From NCBI GenBank assembly GCA_012521815.1, contig JAAYLR010000141.1:414-64413 (forward strand): a DNA stretch of 64,000 nucleotides, written 5' to 3'. The position numbers were made by a program, and so were the translations under genes. The stretch is from Acidobacteriota bacterium (GTDB lineage: Bacteria; Acidobacteriota; Thermoanaerobaculia; Multivoradales; JAGPDF01). Under the pieces are notes generated by a model, which was not told the origin of the DNA, did no database searches, and saw only the letters and a program-made list of their open reading frames with translations. The stretch's first letter is position 1; each line of letters begins with the position of its first letter. Shown here one piece after another: positions 1 through 8,818 of this stretch.

Positions 1-27
1 CACCCACGCTGGCAGGCGCGGCGGGAG

Positions 28-1038
28 ATGGCCGCCGGCTGGGTCGAGGAGCTCGCGGGGCAGGGGGCCAGCTGCCCGCTGCCGGTCTCGCTCTGGCTCT
101 ACCCGAACGTGCGCACGAACAACGGCGACCTGCCCGCCGGCGCCTGGCGTCACGGCGGCGGGCCGCTGCCCGCGAGCGCCGACGAGCTCGACCCGGCGGC
201 GGCGGTGCCGTTCGCCGAGCTCTTCCGCGGCTGGTCGATCCTCCTCGCCCCGACCGAGTTCTCGGCCACCGCGCCGCTGAAGGTCGCCGCCCGCAGCTTC
301 CCCATCCGGGCCGCGACGATGCCCGGCTTCACCGCCGAGATGATCCCGGCGCTGCGCCTCGACTACGGCGAGGTGAACCGCCGGGTCGCCCGGCTCGCCG
401 GGCTCCTCACCGCCGCCGAAGGATGCGATCTCCTCTTCCATCACCCGCAGGGCGATTCGGCCCTCCACCTCGACCTCCGCCACCGCAGCGCGCACGCCTC
501 CGGGGGCCTCGTGCCCGAGCCCGGCTTCGCCGGCAACCTCCCTTCGGGAGAGGCGTACATCGTCCCCTACGAGGGAGAGCGCGCCGGGGAGCCGAGCCGC
601 ACGGCCGGCTTCCTGCCGGTGCAGTTCGGAGACGAGGTGGTCGTCTACCGGATCCAGGGCAACCGCGCTCTCGAGGTCCTGCCCGGCGGCGCGGCCGCCG
701 CGGCCGAAGCCGCGCACCTCCGGCGCGAGCCGGCGTACGGGAACCTCGCCGAGCTCGGGCTCGGGGTGCTCGCCGCGTTCGGCGTGGAGCCGGTGGGCGA
801 GATCCTCCTCGACGAGAAGCTCGGCCTCCACATCGCCTTCGGCCGCAGCGACCATTTCGGCGGCACGGTCGGGCCGGCCCAGTTCTCCGCTCCCGGCGAG
901 GTGATCCACATCGATCGCGTCTACGTCCCCGCCTGCCAGCCGCGGATCAGGGTGGCCGCCGCCGACCTCCTCCTGCCGGCGGGCGAGCGGCTCGCGCTGA
1001 TGCGCGATCAGGCGTATGTCGAGGGGCTCTTCGACTGA
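28..1038 (+). CDS. hypothetical protein (possible aminopeptidase-like fold; 5' end may extend beyond window start)
   Basis: 336-aa ORF with high GC3 and no internal stops; the frame stays open upstream to position 1, so the N-terminus may be truncated by the window edge. Motifs such as [12 protein letters not shown] and HIAFG/HIDRV only weakly recall M29-type aminopeptidases. No recognisable family with confidence. Confidence 0.5.
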   Translation: MAAGWVEELAGQGASCPLPVSLWLYPNVRTNNGDLPAGAWRHGGGPLPASADELDPAAAVPFAELFRGWSILLAPTEFSATAPLKVAARSFPIRAATMPGFTAEMIPALRLDYGEVNRRVARLAGLLTAAEGCDLLFHHPQGDSALHLDLRHRSAHASGGLVPEPGFAGNLPSGEAYIVPYEGERAGEPSRTAGFLPVQFGDEVVVYRIQGNRALEVLPGGAAAAAEAAHLRREPAYGNLAELGLGVLAAFGVEPVGEILLDEKLGLHIAFGRSDHFGGTVGPAQFSAPGEVIHIDRVYVPACQPRIRVAAADLLLPAGERLALMRDQAYVEGLFD

Positions 1039-1053
1039 GCCGGGGCCGGGGGA

Positions 1054-1083
1054 TTGACAGCACCTCGGTCTTTGTGCTGATAC
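1054..1083 (+). promoter_or_regulatory. sigma70-like promoter upstream of cold-shock gene
   Basis: TTGACA at 1054-1059, a 17-18 nt spacer, then CTGATACT (-10-like) at 1077-1084. This leaves a 5'UTR of about 110 nt before the cspA ATG, typical of csp genes, and is conspicuous in a GC-rich background. Confidence 0.35.
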
Positions 1084-1202
1084 TCCGCCCCGTCTGTCGA
1101 CAGGTCGACCGACACGAGCCGTCCCAGTCCGGGGCGGTCTCGAAAACTGAGTGTAGATGGGCACGGTTCGACCGGCTCAGGCTACCGAGGAGCAGGGAGA
1201 GC

Positions 1203-1409
1203 ATGCGCATCCAGGGCAGTGTCAAGTGGTTCAACGAGGCCAAGGGCTTCGGCTTCATCACCCGTGACGACGGCGAGAAGGACTGCTTCGTCCACCACAC
1301 CGGCATCGCGGGCGAGGGCTTCAAGACCCTCCACGAGGGTGAGCGGGTCGAGTTCGACGTGGTCCAGGGCCAGAAGGGCCCGGCGGCCGCCAACGTCACC
1401 CGCATCTGA
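1203..1409 (+). CDS. cspA: cold-shock protein, CspA family
   Basis: 68 aa; sequence [35 protein letters not shown] with RNP-1/RNP-2 motifs; AGGAG RBS 8 nt upstream of the ATG. The track's long 423..1409 ORF is an upstream shadow extension. Confidence 0.95.
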   Translation: MRIQGSVKWFNEAKGFGFITRDDGEKDCFVHHTGIAGEGFKTLHEGERVEFDVVQGQKGPAAANVTRI

Positions 1410-1432
1410 CGACCGACTGACCAGACGCCAAC

Positions 1433-1475
1433 GGGGCCGGTTCGCCGCAGGGCGAGCCGGCCCCGATTCTTTTCC
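1433..1475. terminator. rho-independent terminator (bidirectional, between convergent cspA and ELW-repeat gene)
   Basis: GGGGCCGG (1433-1440), a 16-nt loop, CCGGCCCC (1457-1464), followed by GATTCTTTTCC. Confidence 0.5.
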
Positions 1476-1514
1476 GGAGACCGCCGCAGGCGGCACCGCC
1501 GGGCGCCGCCCGCC

Positions 1515-2804
1515 TCAGGGCGTCGCCGCGTCCCAGCGATGCGGGCCGCCGGACTCCCAGCCATCACGGAAGAGCGGCACCGAGCCGTCGGCCGTCAGGC
1601 CCCAGAGCTCGAACCCCCGCTCCCCGTCGTTTGCCGCGAAGAGCAGCGTGCTCCCCACCTGCCGGAAGAGGCCCGGGCTCGACGACGCCGGACCCGGCGC
1701 GATGTCCGTCAGCCGCCACGTCCCCGCCGAGGTCCCGTCGGTCCGCCACGCCTCCCGCCCCCACGCCGGCGTCCACGCCGAGAAGACCAGCCGCCCGTCG
1801 AGCCAGGCGAGATCGCCCGGGCAGGAGGAGCCGGCTCCCGGCACGAGATCGGCGGCCGGCACGGTCCCCGCCGGGGTGCCGTCCGTCACCCAGAGCTCGC
1901 GGCCGAGCGCCGGATGCTCCGCCACGAAGAAGAGGCGCTCCCCCGCCGGGGTCAGCTCCCGCGGCGAGGAGGGCCGCGGCCCGGGCATCAGGTCGCCGAG
2001 GAGGTATGTCCCCGCCTCCGTCCCGTCGCTCACCCAGAGCTCCTCGCCGTGCACCCCGTCGTCGGCCGCGAAGAGCACGCGGTCCCCGAGCGCGGCGACC
2101 TTGCCCTCGAGCCGCGGCTCGAACGGAGCGGCGAGCGGGTCGCCGAGCTGGATCGCCGAGGCCGGACCCGGCGCAATATCGCGCACGCGCCGCGTTCCCG
2201 CCGGCGTCCCGTCCGTCCACCAGAGCTCGGTGCCGTACGCCTCCTCGCTCACCACCACCGCGAAACCGGTACCCGCCGGAACGATCCCCCGGATCCAGTC
2301 GACGCTGCCCGCCGCGAGCAGCTCCACGGGCGAGGCATCGGGGGCGAGGAAGTGGAGGCTCCTGCAGCCGTAGAGCGCCCCGAGCGGCGAGCTCGCGAGG
2401 TTCCAAGGGGTGCAGAGCACGGGGTCGATGGCGTCGGCCAGAAACGAGCCGTCCTCCGTGCCGTCGCTCTCCCAGAGCCCCTGTGGCGTGCCGAGGAGCC
2501 AGCCGGATCCGAACGGAACCGCCGGGGGCTCCCAGTACCCGGTACCCTGGATCCCCGGTACGAACGGTACCCCGGTTCCCTCCGGAAGGCCGTCGGTGCG
2601 CAGGAGGCCGGTCTCCATCGAATCGGGCTCCTGGGCGTGGACCACGGCGAACCCGCCGTTGGCGGCACAGGTCGCGCTGTTCCAAGCCACCTCCCGCAGC
2701 GCCTCGAGGCCACCGATCGCGCCGTCGCTCGACACGAGCCGGGCCGTCGCCTCCGCGGTCCAGATCCGCGCCTCGTAGAGGAGCCGGTTCCCGGTCACCT
2801 CCAT
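1515..2804 (-). CDS. ELWxxDGT-repeat protein, distal segment (probably the frameshifted continuation of the upstream gene)
   Basis: Repeats TELWWTDGTPAGT, EELWVSDGTEAGT, RELWVTDGTPAGT and REAWRTDGTSAGT. The first in-frame ATG (2804) overlaps the stop of the upstream gene in the +1 frame right after a G6/C6 homopolymer. Repeat periodicity is maintained across the junction. Confidence 0.55.
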   Translation of the reverse strand: MEVTGNRLLYEARIWTAEATARLVSSDGAIGGLEALREVAWNSATCAANGGFAVVHAQEPDSMETGLLRTDGLPEGTGVPFVPGIQGTGYWEPPAVPFGSGWLLGTPQGLWESDGTEDGSFLADAIDPVLCTPWNLASSPLGALYGCRSLHFLAPDASPVELLAAGSVDWIRGIVPAGTGFAVVVSEEAYGTELWWTDGTPAGTRRVRDIAPGPASAIQLGDPLAAPFEPRLEGKVAALGDRVLFAADDGVHGEELWVSDGTEAGTYLLGDLMPGPRPSSPRELTPAGERLFFVAEHPALGRELWVTDGTPAGTVPAADLVPGAGSSCPGDLAWLDGRLVFSAWTPAWGREAWRTDGTSAGTWRLTDIAPGPASSSPGLFRQVGSTLLFAANDGERGFELWGLTADGSVPLFRDGWESGGPHRWDAATP

Positions 2805-4387
2805 GCAGCGGGTGGGGGGTTGTGGAGAAAACGGGGAAAATCGCGGGGCGGCTGCAGGCTCGAGGATTGCCAGCCGAGCTGCCGTACGACGCTCGTGGTG
2901 TCGGCCGCCGGATCGGCCCGCCAGAGGCGCACCCCCGCCTCCGGATCCCAGGTCGGGAGCAGGAGCTGGCCGCCGAGCGCCACCGGTGGGAGTCGCGAGG
3001 CGAAGTCCGGCAGCCCCGGGTACTCCTCTCCCGGGGTGAGGTCGGAGATCCGCCGCGTCCCCGCGGGCGTGAGGTCGGTCGCCCAGAGCTCCAGCCCCGC
3101 GCCCGAGCCGTCGTCGGCGAGGAAGACGACCTCGCCACCGGCCACGGCCGAGAAGATCCCGCTCAGATACGCCAGATCGACCGCCGCCGAGCTCTCCGGG
3201 CCGGGGCGCAGATCGGCGAGCGGGGTAGCCACGAGCCCGTCGACGACCCACGGTTCGGCGCCGGTCGCCGGCTCCCAGACGGCGAGGAAGAGGCGCCCGC
3301 CGAGGCTCGATGCCCAGGCGCCGACGTACGGCCGGGCATCGTCCGGGAGCGGAACGAGCTCGGTGCCGCTCACGGTCCCGTCGGAGCGCACGAGCTCGGT
3401 CGCGCCCTCTGGCGTCTGCCCCACGAGATAGCCGGAGTCGCCAGCGATGACGATAACGCTGTTCAGGCCGCCGTAGCCCACCCGGCGGAGGAAGAAGGTG
3501 CCGGCCACCGTACCGTCGGAACGCCAGAGCTCGATGTCGTGGTTCGGCTGCGCCACGGTGTAAAGGAGCGTGCCGTCAGGCAGCGAGTTGAACCGCCGGT
3601 AGGCACCCGAGACGCTCTGCCAGCCGCCTTCGGGCGGCAGGCTGGAGAGCCGCTGCGTCCCCGCCGCCGTGCCGTCGCTCACCCAGAGCCCGGTGCGCTC
3701 CGCCGGCGCCCCGGCGATGGCGAAGAAGAGGTGCCCCGCTCCCGGCTCCAGCACGCCGATACCGGCGCTCTCCGGGCCAGGGGACAGATCGCGCACGAGC
3801 CAGGTTCCCGCCGCCGTGCCGTCGGAGCGCCAGAGCTCCGCACCGTGCACCCCATCGTCGGGTACGAAGAAGAGGAGACCCGAGGCCACGAGGAAGTTGC
3901 GCGGCGCGGACGAGTCGAGCCCCGGCCGGAGGTCGGCGACGAGGCGGGTCCCCCCCGCCGTGCCGTCGGTCGCCCAGAGCTCCACCCCGTGCACCCCGTC
4001 GTGGCCGGCGAAGAAGAGCGTCGAGCCGAGCACCGCGAGCGCCCCCGGGGCGCCGATGGCGGAGGTGCCACAGGCTCCCGGGCAGAGATCGCGCACCATC
4101 CAGGTGCCGAGCGCCGTGCCGTCGGAGCGCCAGAGCTCCTCGCCATGCACGCCGTCGTCGTGGAAGAAGTAGAGTGCGCCGCCCATCGCGACCGGCTGCG
4201 CCCGGAGGCCGATGAAACTCCACGGGTAGTCCACGCCCACGCCGAGGTCGTGGACGAGGTAGGGACCGTCCGCCGGGGCCGGCGCTGCTAGGACGGCGAG
4301 CTGGAACGCCACGGCAAGCAGCACGAGAGCCGCGTCGCGGCGGGCGCGGCGGCCAACGAACGGCATGGTCGGCTCGGGCCTGGCCAT
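2795..4387 (-). CDS. secreted ELWxxDGT-repeat protein (N-terminal signal peptide)
   Basis: Start ATG at 4387 has a GGAGGTGAG SD 7 nt upstream. N-terminus MARPEPTMPFVGRRARRDAALVLLAVAFQLAVLAAPAPA looks like a signal peptide, followed by about 9 repeats of the ~50-aa unit ...DDGVHGxELWRSDGTAAGT.LVRDL.PG.... The track's 1609-aa ORF (2795..7624) is an upstream shadow extension across ettA. Confidence 0.75.
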   Translation of the reverse strand: MARPEPTMPFVGRRARRDAALVLLAVAFQLAVLAAPAPADGPYLVHDLGVGVDYPWSFIGLRAQPVAMGGALYFFHDDGVHGEELWRSDGTALGTWMVRDLCPGACGTSAIGAPGALAVLGSTLFFAGHDGVHGVELWATDGTAGGTRLVADLRPGLDSSAPRNFLVASGLLFFVPDDGVHGAELWRSDGTAAGTWLVRDLSPGPESAGIGVLEPGAGHLFFAIAGAPAERTGLWVSDGTAAGTQRLSSLPPEGGWQSVSGAYRRFNSLPDGTLLYTVAQPNHDIELWRSDGTVAGTFFLRRVGYGGLNSVIVIAGDSGYLVGQTPEGATELVRSDGTVSGTELVPLPDDARPYVGAWASSLGGRLFLAVWEPATGAEPWVVDGLVATPLADLRPGPESSAAVDLAYLSGIFSAVAGGEVVFLADDGSGAGLELWATDLTPAGTRRISDLTPGEEYPGLPDFASRLPPVALGGQLLLPTWDPEAGVRLWRADPAADTTSVVRQLGWQSSSLQPPRDFPRFLHNPPPAAWR

Positions 4388-4564
4388 CGTCTCACCTCCG
4401 GGGATCGATGCGCGCCAAGATACCAGACAACGCCGCGCCGGGCTGTGAGGCGTTGCACTCCCCGGTCCGCCCCGGGCGGGGGGCGATAGACTCCGCGCTG
4501 CCGTCGCGGCGCCGCCCCGAGCGGGCGCCGCCCTCACTCTCCCGTTCGCCAGGGGGTTTCGCGC

Positions 4565-6223
4565 ATGCCGCAGTTCATCTACCACATGAAGAACCTGCGC
4601 AAGGTCACGCCGCAGGGCAAGGAGATCCTCAAGGGGATCTGGCTCTCGTTCTTCTACGGCGCCAAGATCGGCGTCATCGGCCACAACGGCGCCGGCAAGT
4701 CGACGCTCCTGCGGATCATGGCCGGGCTCGACCCCGACTTCGACGGCGAGGCGAAGCTGCTCGACGGCTACACCGTCGGCATGCTGCCGCAGGAGCCGGT
4801 GCTGCCGGCCGGGCGGACGGTGCAGGAGGTGGTCGAGGAGGCGGTGGCGGAGAAGAAGGCGATCCTCGCGCGCTACGACGAGCTCGCCGCGAACTACTCC
4901 GACGAGACCGCCGACGAGATGGGGCGCCTCCAGGACCAGATCGACGCCCAGAACCTCTGGGAGCTCGACCGCCACCTCGAGGTGGCGATGGACGCGCTCC
5001 GCCTCCCGCCGGCCGATCAGGAGGTCTCGACGCTCTCCGGCGGCGAGAAGCGGCGGGTCGCACTCTGCCGCCTGCTGCTGACCGCTCCCGACCTGCTGCT
5101 GCTCGACGAGCCGACGAACCACCTCGACGCCGAGTCGGTCGCCTGGCTCGAGCATCACCTGCAGGAGTACAAGGGGACGGTGGTCGCCATCACCCACGAC
5201 CGCTACTTCCTCGACAACGTCGCCGGCTGGATCCTCGAGCTCGACCGGGGCGCCGGGATCCCCTGGGAGGGGAACTACTCCTCCTGGCTCGACCAGAAGC
5301 AGCAGCTCCTCGCGAAGGAGGAGAAGGAGGCGACCGCCCGGCGGCGGACCCTCGAGCGCGAGCTGGAGTGGATCCGGATGGCACCGCGCGCCCGCCACGC
5401 CAAGGGGAAGGCGCGCCTGAACGCCTACGAACAGCTCCTCGCCGAGGACCAGGCGGCCGAGAAGCGCGGTCCCGCCAACGAGATCCTGATCCCGCCCGGG
5501 CCGCGCCTCGGCGAGAAGGTGATCGTCGCCGAGGGGCTCACCAAGGCGTACGGCGAAAAGCTCCTCTTCGCGGACCTCTCCTTCATCCTGCCGCGCTCGG
5601 CGATCGTCGGCGTCATCGGCCCGAACGGCGCCGGCAAGACGACGCTGATGCGGATCTTCGTCGGCCAGGAGAAGCCCGACGCCGGCACCCTGACGATCGG
5701 CGAGACGGTCGTGCTCTCCTACGTCGATCAGAGCCGCGAGACCCTCGACCCGGAGAAGACGGTCTTCCAGGAGATCTCCGACGGCGGCCGCGACCTCGTG
5801 CTCGTGGGCCGGCGCGAGGTGCCGTCGCGCGCCTACTGCTCCTGGTTCAACTTCCGCGGCGCGGATCAGCAGAAGAAGGTGCGCGATCTGTCGGGCGGCG
5901 AGCGCAACCGCCTCCACCTCGCCCGGCTGCTCAAGAGCGACGGCAACGTGATCCTCTTCGACGAGCCGACCAACGATCTCGACGTCGACACCCTGCGGGC
6001 GCTCGAAGAGGCCCTCCTCGCCTTTCCCGGCTGCGCCGTGGTGGTCTCCCACGACCGCTGGTTCCTCGACCGGATCGCCACCCACATCCTCGCCTTCGAA
6101 GGGGAGTCGCAGGTCGTCTGGTTCGAGGGCAACTATCAGGAGTACGAAGCCGACCGCCGCCGCCGTCTCGGCACGGAGGCCGATCAGCCGCACCGGATCC
6201 GGTACCGGAAGCTCGTGCGCTGA
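4565..6223 (+). CDS. ettA: energy-dependent translational throttle protein EttA (ABC-F ATPase)
   Basis: 552 aa; MPQFIYHMKNLRKVTPQGKEILKGIWLSFFYGAKIGVIGHNGAGKSTLLRIMAG; two ABC domains, with Walker A at GHNGAGKST and GPNGAGKTT. Confidence 0.95.
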   Translation: MPQFIYHMKNLRKVTPQGKEILKGIWLSFFYGAKIGVIGHNGAGKSTLLRIMAGLDPDFDGEAKLLDGYTVGMLPQEPVLPAGRTVQEVVEEAVAEKKAILARYDELAANYSDETADEMGRLQDQIDAQNLWELDRHLEVAMDALRLPPADQEVSTLSGGEKRRVALCRLLLTAPDLLLLDEPTNHLDAESVAWLEHHLQEYKGTVVAITHDRYFLDNVAGWILELDRGAGIPWEGNYSSWLDQKQQLLAKEEKEATARRRTLERELEWIRMAPRARHAKGKARLNAYEQLLAEDQAAEKRGPANEILIPPGPRLGEKVIVAEGLTKAYGEKLLFADLSFILPRSAIVGVIGPNGAGKTTLMRIFVGQEKPDAGTLTIGETVVLSYVDQSRETLDPEKTVFQEISDGGRDLVLVGRREVPSRAYCSWFNFRGADQQKKVRDLSGGERNRLHLARLLKSDGNVILFDEPTNDLDVDTLRALEEALLAFPGCAVVVSHDRWFLDRIATHILAFEGESQVVWFEGNYQEYEADRRRRLGTEADQPHRIRYRKLVR

Positions 6224-6331
6224 GCCGCGCGCCGGGAACGGCGGCCACCGGCCCTGACACAGCGCGGGAAGCGCGGCGATCGCGTTCTTCGCGCTCGTTC
6301 CCGCCGCCCGCGCGGTAGACTCGGAGCGATC

Positions 6332-6997
6332 ATGTACGCGCGCCTCCTCGATCTCCGCCTGGCCCCCGGCGCCACCCCGGCGTTCGCCGGCCTCTACCGC
6401 CAACGGATCTCGCCGACCCTCACCGCGACCCCCGGCTGCCTCGGCGCCGTGGCCCTCGCGGCGACGGGGCACGAGGAGAAGATCCTCTCCCTCACCCTCT
6501 GGCGGGCCGCCGAGGCCGCCGACGCCTACGACCGGGAGGGCCGCTTCGGCCAGCTCCTCGGCGAGACCGCCTCTCTCTTCCCCGGCCGGGACCGGGACGC
6601 CGATCCGCTCGACGACGGGGGCGAAGAGCTCGTCATCGAGGGGTATGCCGCCGAGCTCGCGCTGCCGCCGGCGCTCGGCAGGGCGCTGAGCGGCGTCACC
6701 TTCGCCCGCACCATCGTGGTCGAGGCCGCCGCCGGACGGGAGGAAGAGATCGAGCGGCGCGCCTGGGCGGCCGTCGACAGGGCCGCCGAGGAGGCGCTCG
6801 GCCTCGTCTCGATCTTCCTCATGCGCGGCCTCGACCGGCGGGAGCGGACGCTCGTCCTCGGCCTCTGGGAGAGCGAGGAGGCGGCCGGTCGGTGGGAGCG
6901 CTCCGAGCCGCACCTCGCGCTCCTGCGCGATCTCGAGAGCGCCGGGCTCGCGGCCGAGATCACGCCTTACCGGGTGCTCTGCGCGGGCGCCTTCTGA
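6332..6997 (+). CDS. hypothetical protein with two tandem ABM/Dabb-like (antibiotic biosynthesis monooxygenase-like) halves
   Basis: 221 aa, GGAG RBS. Both halves show an ...L.LW.S.EAA.A... pattern (LSLTLWRAAEAADAY and LVLGLWESEEAAGRW). Low-confidence family call. Confidence 0.5.
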   Translation: MYARLLDLRLAPGATPAFAGLYRQRISPTLTATPGCLGAVALAATGHEEKILSLTLWRAAEAADAYDREGRFGQLLGETASLFPGRDRDADPLDDGGEELVIEGYAAELALPPALGRALSGVTFARTIVVEAAAGREEEIERRAWAAVDRAAEEALGLVSIFLMRGLDRRERTLVLGLWESEEAAGRWERSEPHLALLRDLESAGLAAEITPYRVLCAGAF

Positions 6998-7581
6998 GCG
7001 ATCACCGCCAGCAGCTCGTCGACGATCCGCAGCGTCAACCCCCAGATCGTCCGCCCCTCGTAGCGGACGCACGGCGTCGGCAGCGGCACCCCGCGAAGGA
7101 CCCAGGTGAAGGCGCTGCGGTGAGCCGGTTCGGCGAGGTAGGCGAGCGGCACCCAGAGCGCCTCCTGGACCTCGGCGCTCGCCGTGAACGCGGGATCGCC
7201 GTGGATCGCGAAGACGAACGGCGCGACGCTGTGCGGGAGCCGGCCGTGCCGCAGATGGGTGCGGACCTCGGAGAGCTGCCCGAGCAGGCGGCCTCCCGCT
7301 TCGAGGTCGAGCGCGAGCTCCTCGCGCGTCTCCCGGATCGCCGCCGCCAGCGGACTGGCGTCGTCCGGATCGACCCGGCCGCCGGGCAGCCCCATCTGCC
7401 CCGACCAGGGGTCGCGCGGGTGCTCGGCCCGGCGGATGAAGAGGAGCTCGGCGCCCGGTTCGCGATCGCGGAGCACCGCCGCCACCGCCGCCTTGTGCGC
7501 CAGGAGCACCTCCTCCTCGCGGCGGGGTGCGAACCCGCGAAGCGCCGAGCCGGCACGGGCGACGTCGTAACGAACGGCCAT
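6967..7581 (-). CDS. NUDIX hydrolase, CoA pyrophosphatase-like
   Basis: Nudix box GLPGGRVDPDDASPLAAAIRETREELAL preceded by the NuCoA-like LFIRRAEHPRDPWSGQMGLPGG. Start chosen at MAVRYDV (7581); the track ORF starts 34 codons earlier in Arg-rich shadow. Confidence 0.8.
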   Translation of the reverse strand: MAVRYDVARAGSALRGFAPRREEEVLLAHKAAVAAVLRDREPGAELLFIRRAEHPRDPWSGQMGLPGGRVDPDDASPLAAAIRETREELALDLEAGGRLLGQLSEVRTHLRHGRLPHSVAPFVFAIHGDPAFTASAEVQEALWVPLAYLAEPAHRSAFTWVLRGVPLPTPCVRYEGRTIWGLTLRIVDELLAVIAQKAPAQSTR

Positions 7582-7622
7582 CGCCACAGATTCTCGCACC
7601 GGGTAAGCTCGGGCGGCAGCCC

Positions 7623-7976
7623 ATGCGCTCACCCGGCTCCTCCCGCCCCGTCTACGCCACCGGCCGCGGCCGCCTCTGCCCACGCTGCGGCGCGCCGGTG
7701 GACGCCTGCCGCTGCGCCGCGACGGCCGCCGAGCCGCTCCCGGCGCGCATCGAACCGGTGCTGCGCATCGAGCGCGCCGGCCGCGGCGGCAAGACGGTGA
7801 CGGTGATCGCCGGCCTGCCGCGCAACCGGCCGTTCCTCCAGGAGCTCGCCGCCGAGCTGAAGCGCGCCTGCGGCAGCGGCGGCACCGCGGGCGACGGCCA
7901 GGTGGAGATCCAGGGCGACCACCGCGAGACGGTGCGCGCGCGGCTCGCCGCCAGGGGCTGGCGCGTCAGGGGCTGA
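7623..7976 (+). CDS. yciH: translation initiation factor SUI1/YciH family
   Basis: MRSPGSSRPVYATGRGRLCPRCGAPVDACRC...RIERAGRGGKTVTVIAGL...LKRACGSGGT...EIQGDHRETVRARLAARGWRV, a typical YciH. It lies divergent from the NUDIX gene across a 41-bp gap. Confidence 0.85.
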   Translation: MRSPGSSRPVYATGRGRLCPRCGAPVDACRCAATAAEPLPARIEPVLRIERAGRGGKTVTVIAGLPRNRPFLQELAAELKRACGSGGTAGDGQVEIQGDHRETVRARLAARGWRVRG

Positions 7977-7992
7977 CCCGTAGAATCGGGAG

Positions 7993-8751
7993 ATGCGCGT
8001 CTCCCGCCTCGGCCCCGCCGCCTTCTCGATCGAGTTCGCCACCGAAGAGGAGCTCTTCGCCGAGCACCGCGCGCATCTCGGTGCCGGCGGGCTCAGGCTG
8101 CCCTGCGACGGCGAGGAGCTCCCGCTCTTCGCCCCCCTCACCCTCACGCTGCGCCTCGCCGGCCGCGACGAGGTGGCGGCCACCGCCCGCGTGGTCGGGA
8201 GCCTCGGCGGCGAGCTCGCGATCGCTCTCGACGGCCCGCCCGCCGCCCTCCTCGACGCCCTCCTCGCGGCGGCGCCCGTGGCCGCGCCAGCGGCGCCGTC
8301 CGCGGCGCCCGAGGAGGATCCGGAGGAGTCCGATTCGACCCCCGAGGGAACGCTCTGGGAGCGGCTGCGCAGCCTGAACCGGAACCAGCGTCTCCTCCTC
8401 GCTCCGAAGGCGGGGAGGGCCGAACGCGCGCTGCTCGTCCAGGAGAGCGACGCGCAGGTGCTCTTCGCGCTGCTGAAGAACCCCCGCCTCACCCTCGACG
8501 AGGTGGTGCGGGTGGCCAAATCCTCCTTCCTGAGCTTCCAGATGGCCGAGCTGATCCTCAAGACCAGCCAGTGGATCGGCAACCTCGACGTCCGCCTGGC
8601 GCTCGTCCACAACCCGAAGACGCCGGTCCCGTTCGCGCTGCGCCTGCTCCCCACCCTCCCCGATTCCGAGGTCCGGGCGATCGCCAAGGGCGCGGCCACG
8701 AGCATGGCGCTCAAGCAGGCGGCGCTGAAGCGGGTCCAGGGCTACTCCTGA
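7993..8751 (+). CDS. hypothetical protein (possible PilZ-like N-terminal domain)
   Basis: 252 aa, GGGAG RBS. N-terminus has RVSRL...(23 aa)...LGAGGLRL, weakly PilZ-like (RxxxR ... D/NxSxGG). Ala/Pro linker, then a conserved-looking alpha-helical C-terminal domain. No confident family. Confidence 0.55.
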   Translation: MRVSRLGPAAFSIEFATEEELFAEHRAHLGAGGLRLPCDGEELPLFAPLTLTLRLAGRDEVAATARVVGSLGGELAIALDGPPAALLDALLAAAPVAAPAAPSAAPEEDPEESDSTPEGTLWERLRSLNRNQRLLLAPKAGRAERALLVQESDAQVLFALLKNPRLTLDEVVRVAKSSFLSFQMAELILKTSQWIGNLDVRLALVHNPKTPVPFALRLLPTLPDSEVRAIAKGAATSMALKQAALKRVQGYS

Positions 8752-8818
8752 GAGCGCCGCCCCGGCTGCTAAGATCCCTCCCCCCGCGGCCCCGCCGCAG
8801 TCAGAAAGGAACCGATCC

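Noticed and set aside
423-1409. 328-aa ORF ending at the cspA stop
   Set aside because: Only the last 68 codons (from the ATG at 1203 with an AGGAG RBS) look like a Csp protein; the upstream part is Arg/Pro-rich shadow overlapping the 28..1038 gene.
1539-4291. Plus-strand ORFs 1539..3431 and 1631..4291 (630 and 886 aa)
   Set aside because: Antisense to the ELWxxDGT repeat genes, whose repeat structure and signal peptide clearly identify the minus strand as coding.
4388-7624. Upstream 1080 codons of the track ORF 2795..7624
   Set aside because: Real coding (ELW repeats, signal peptide, strong SD) begins at the ATG at 4387. Upstream the frame runs antisense through ettA and the ABM-like and NUDIX genes and is low-complexity.
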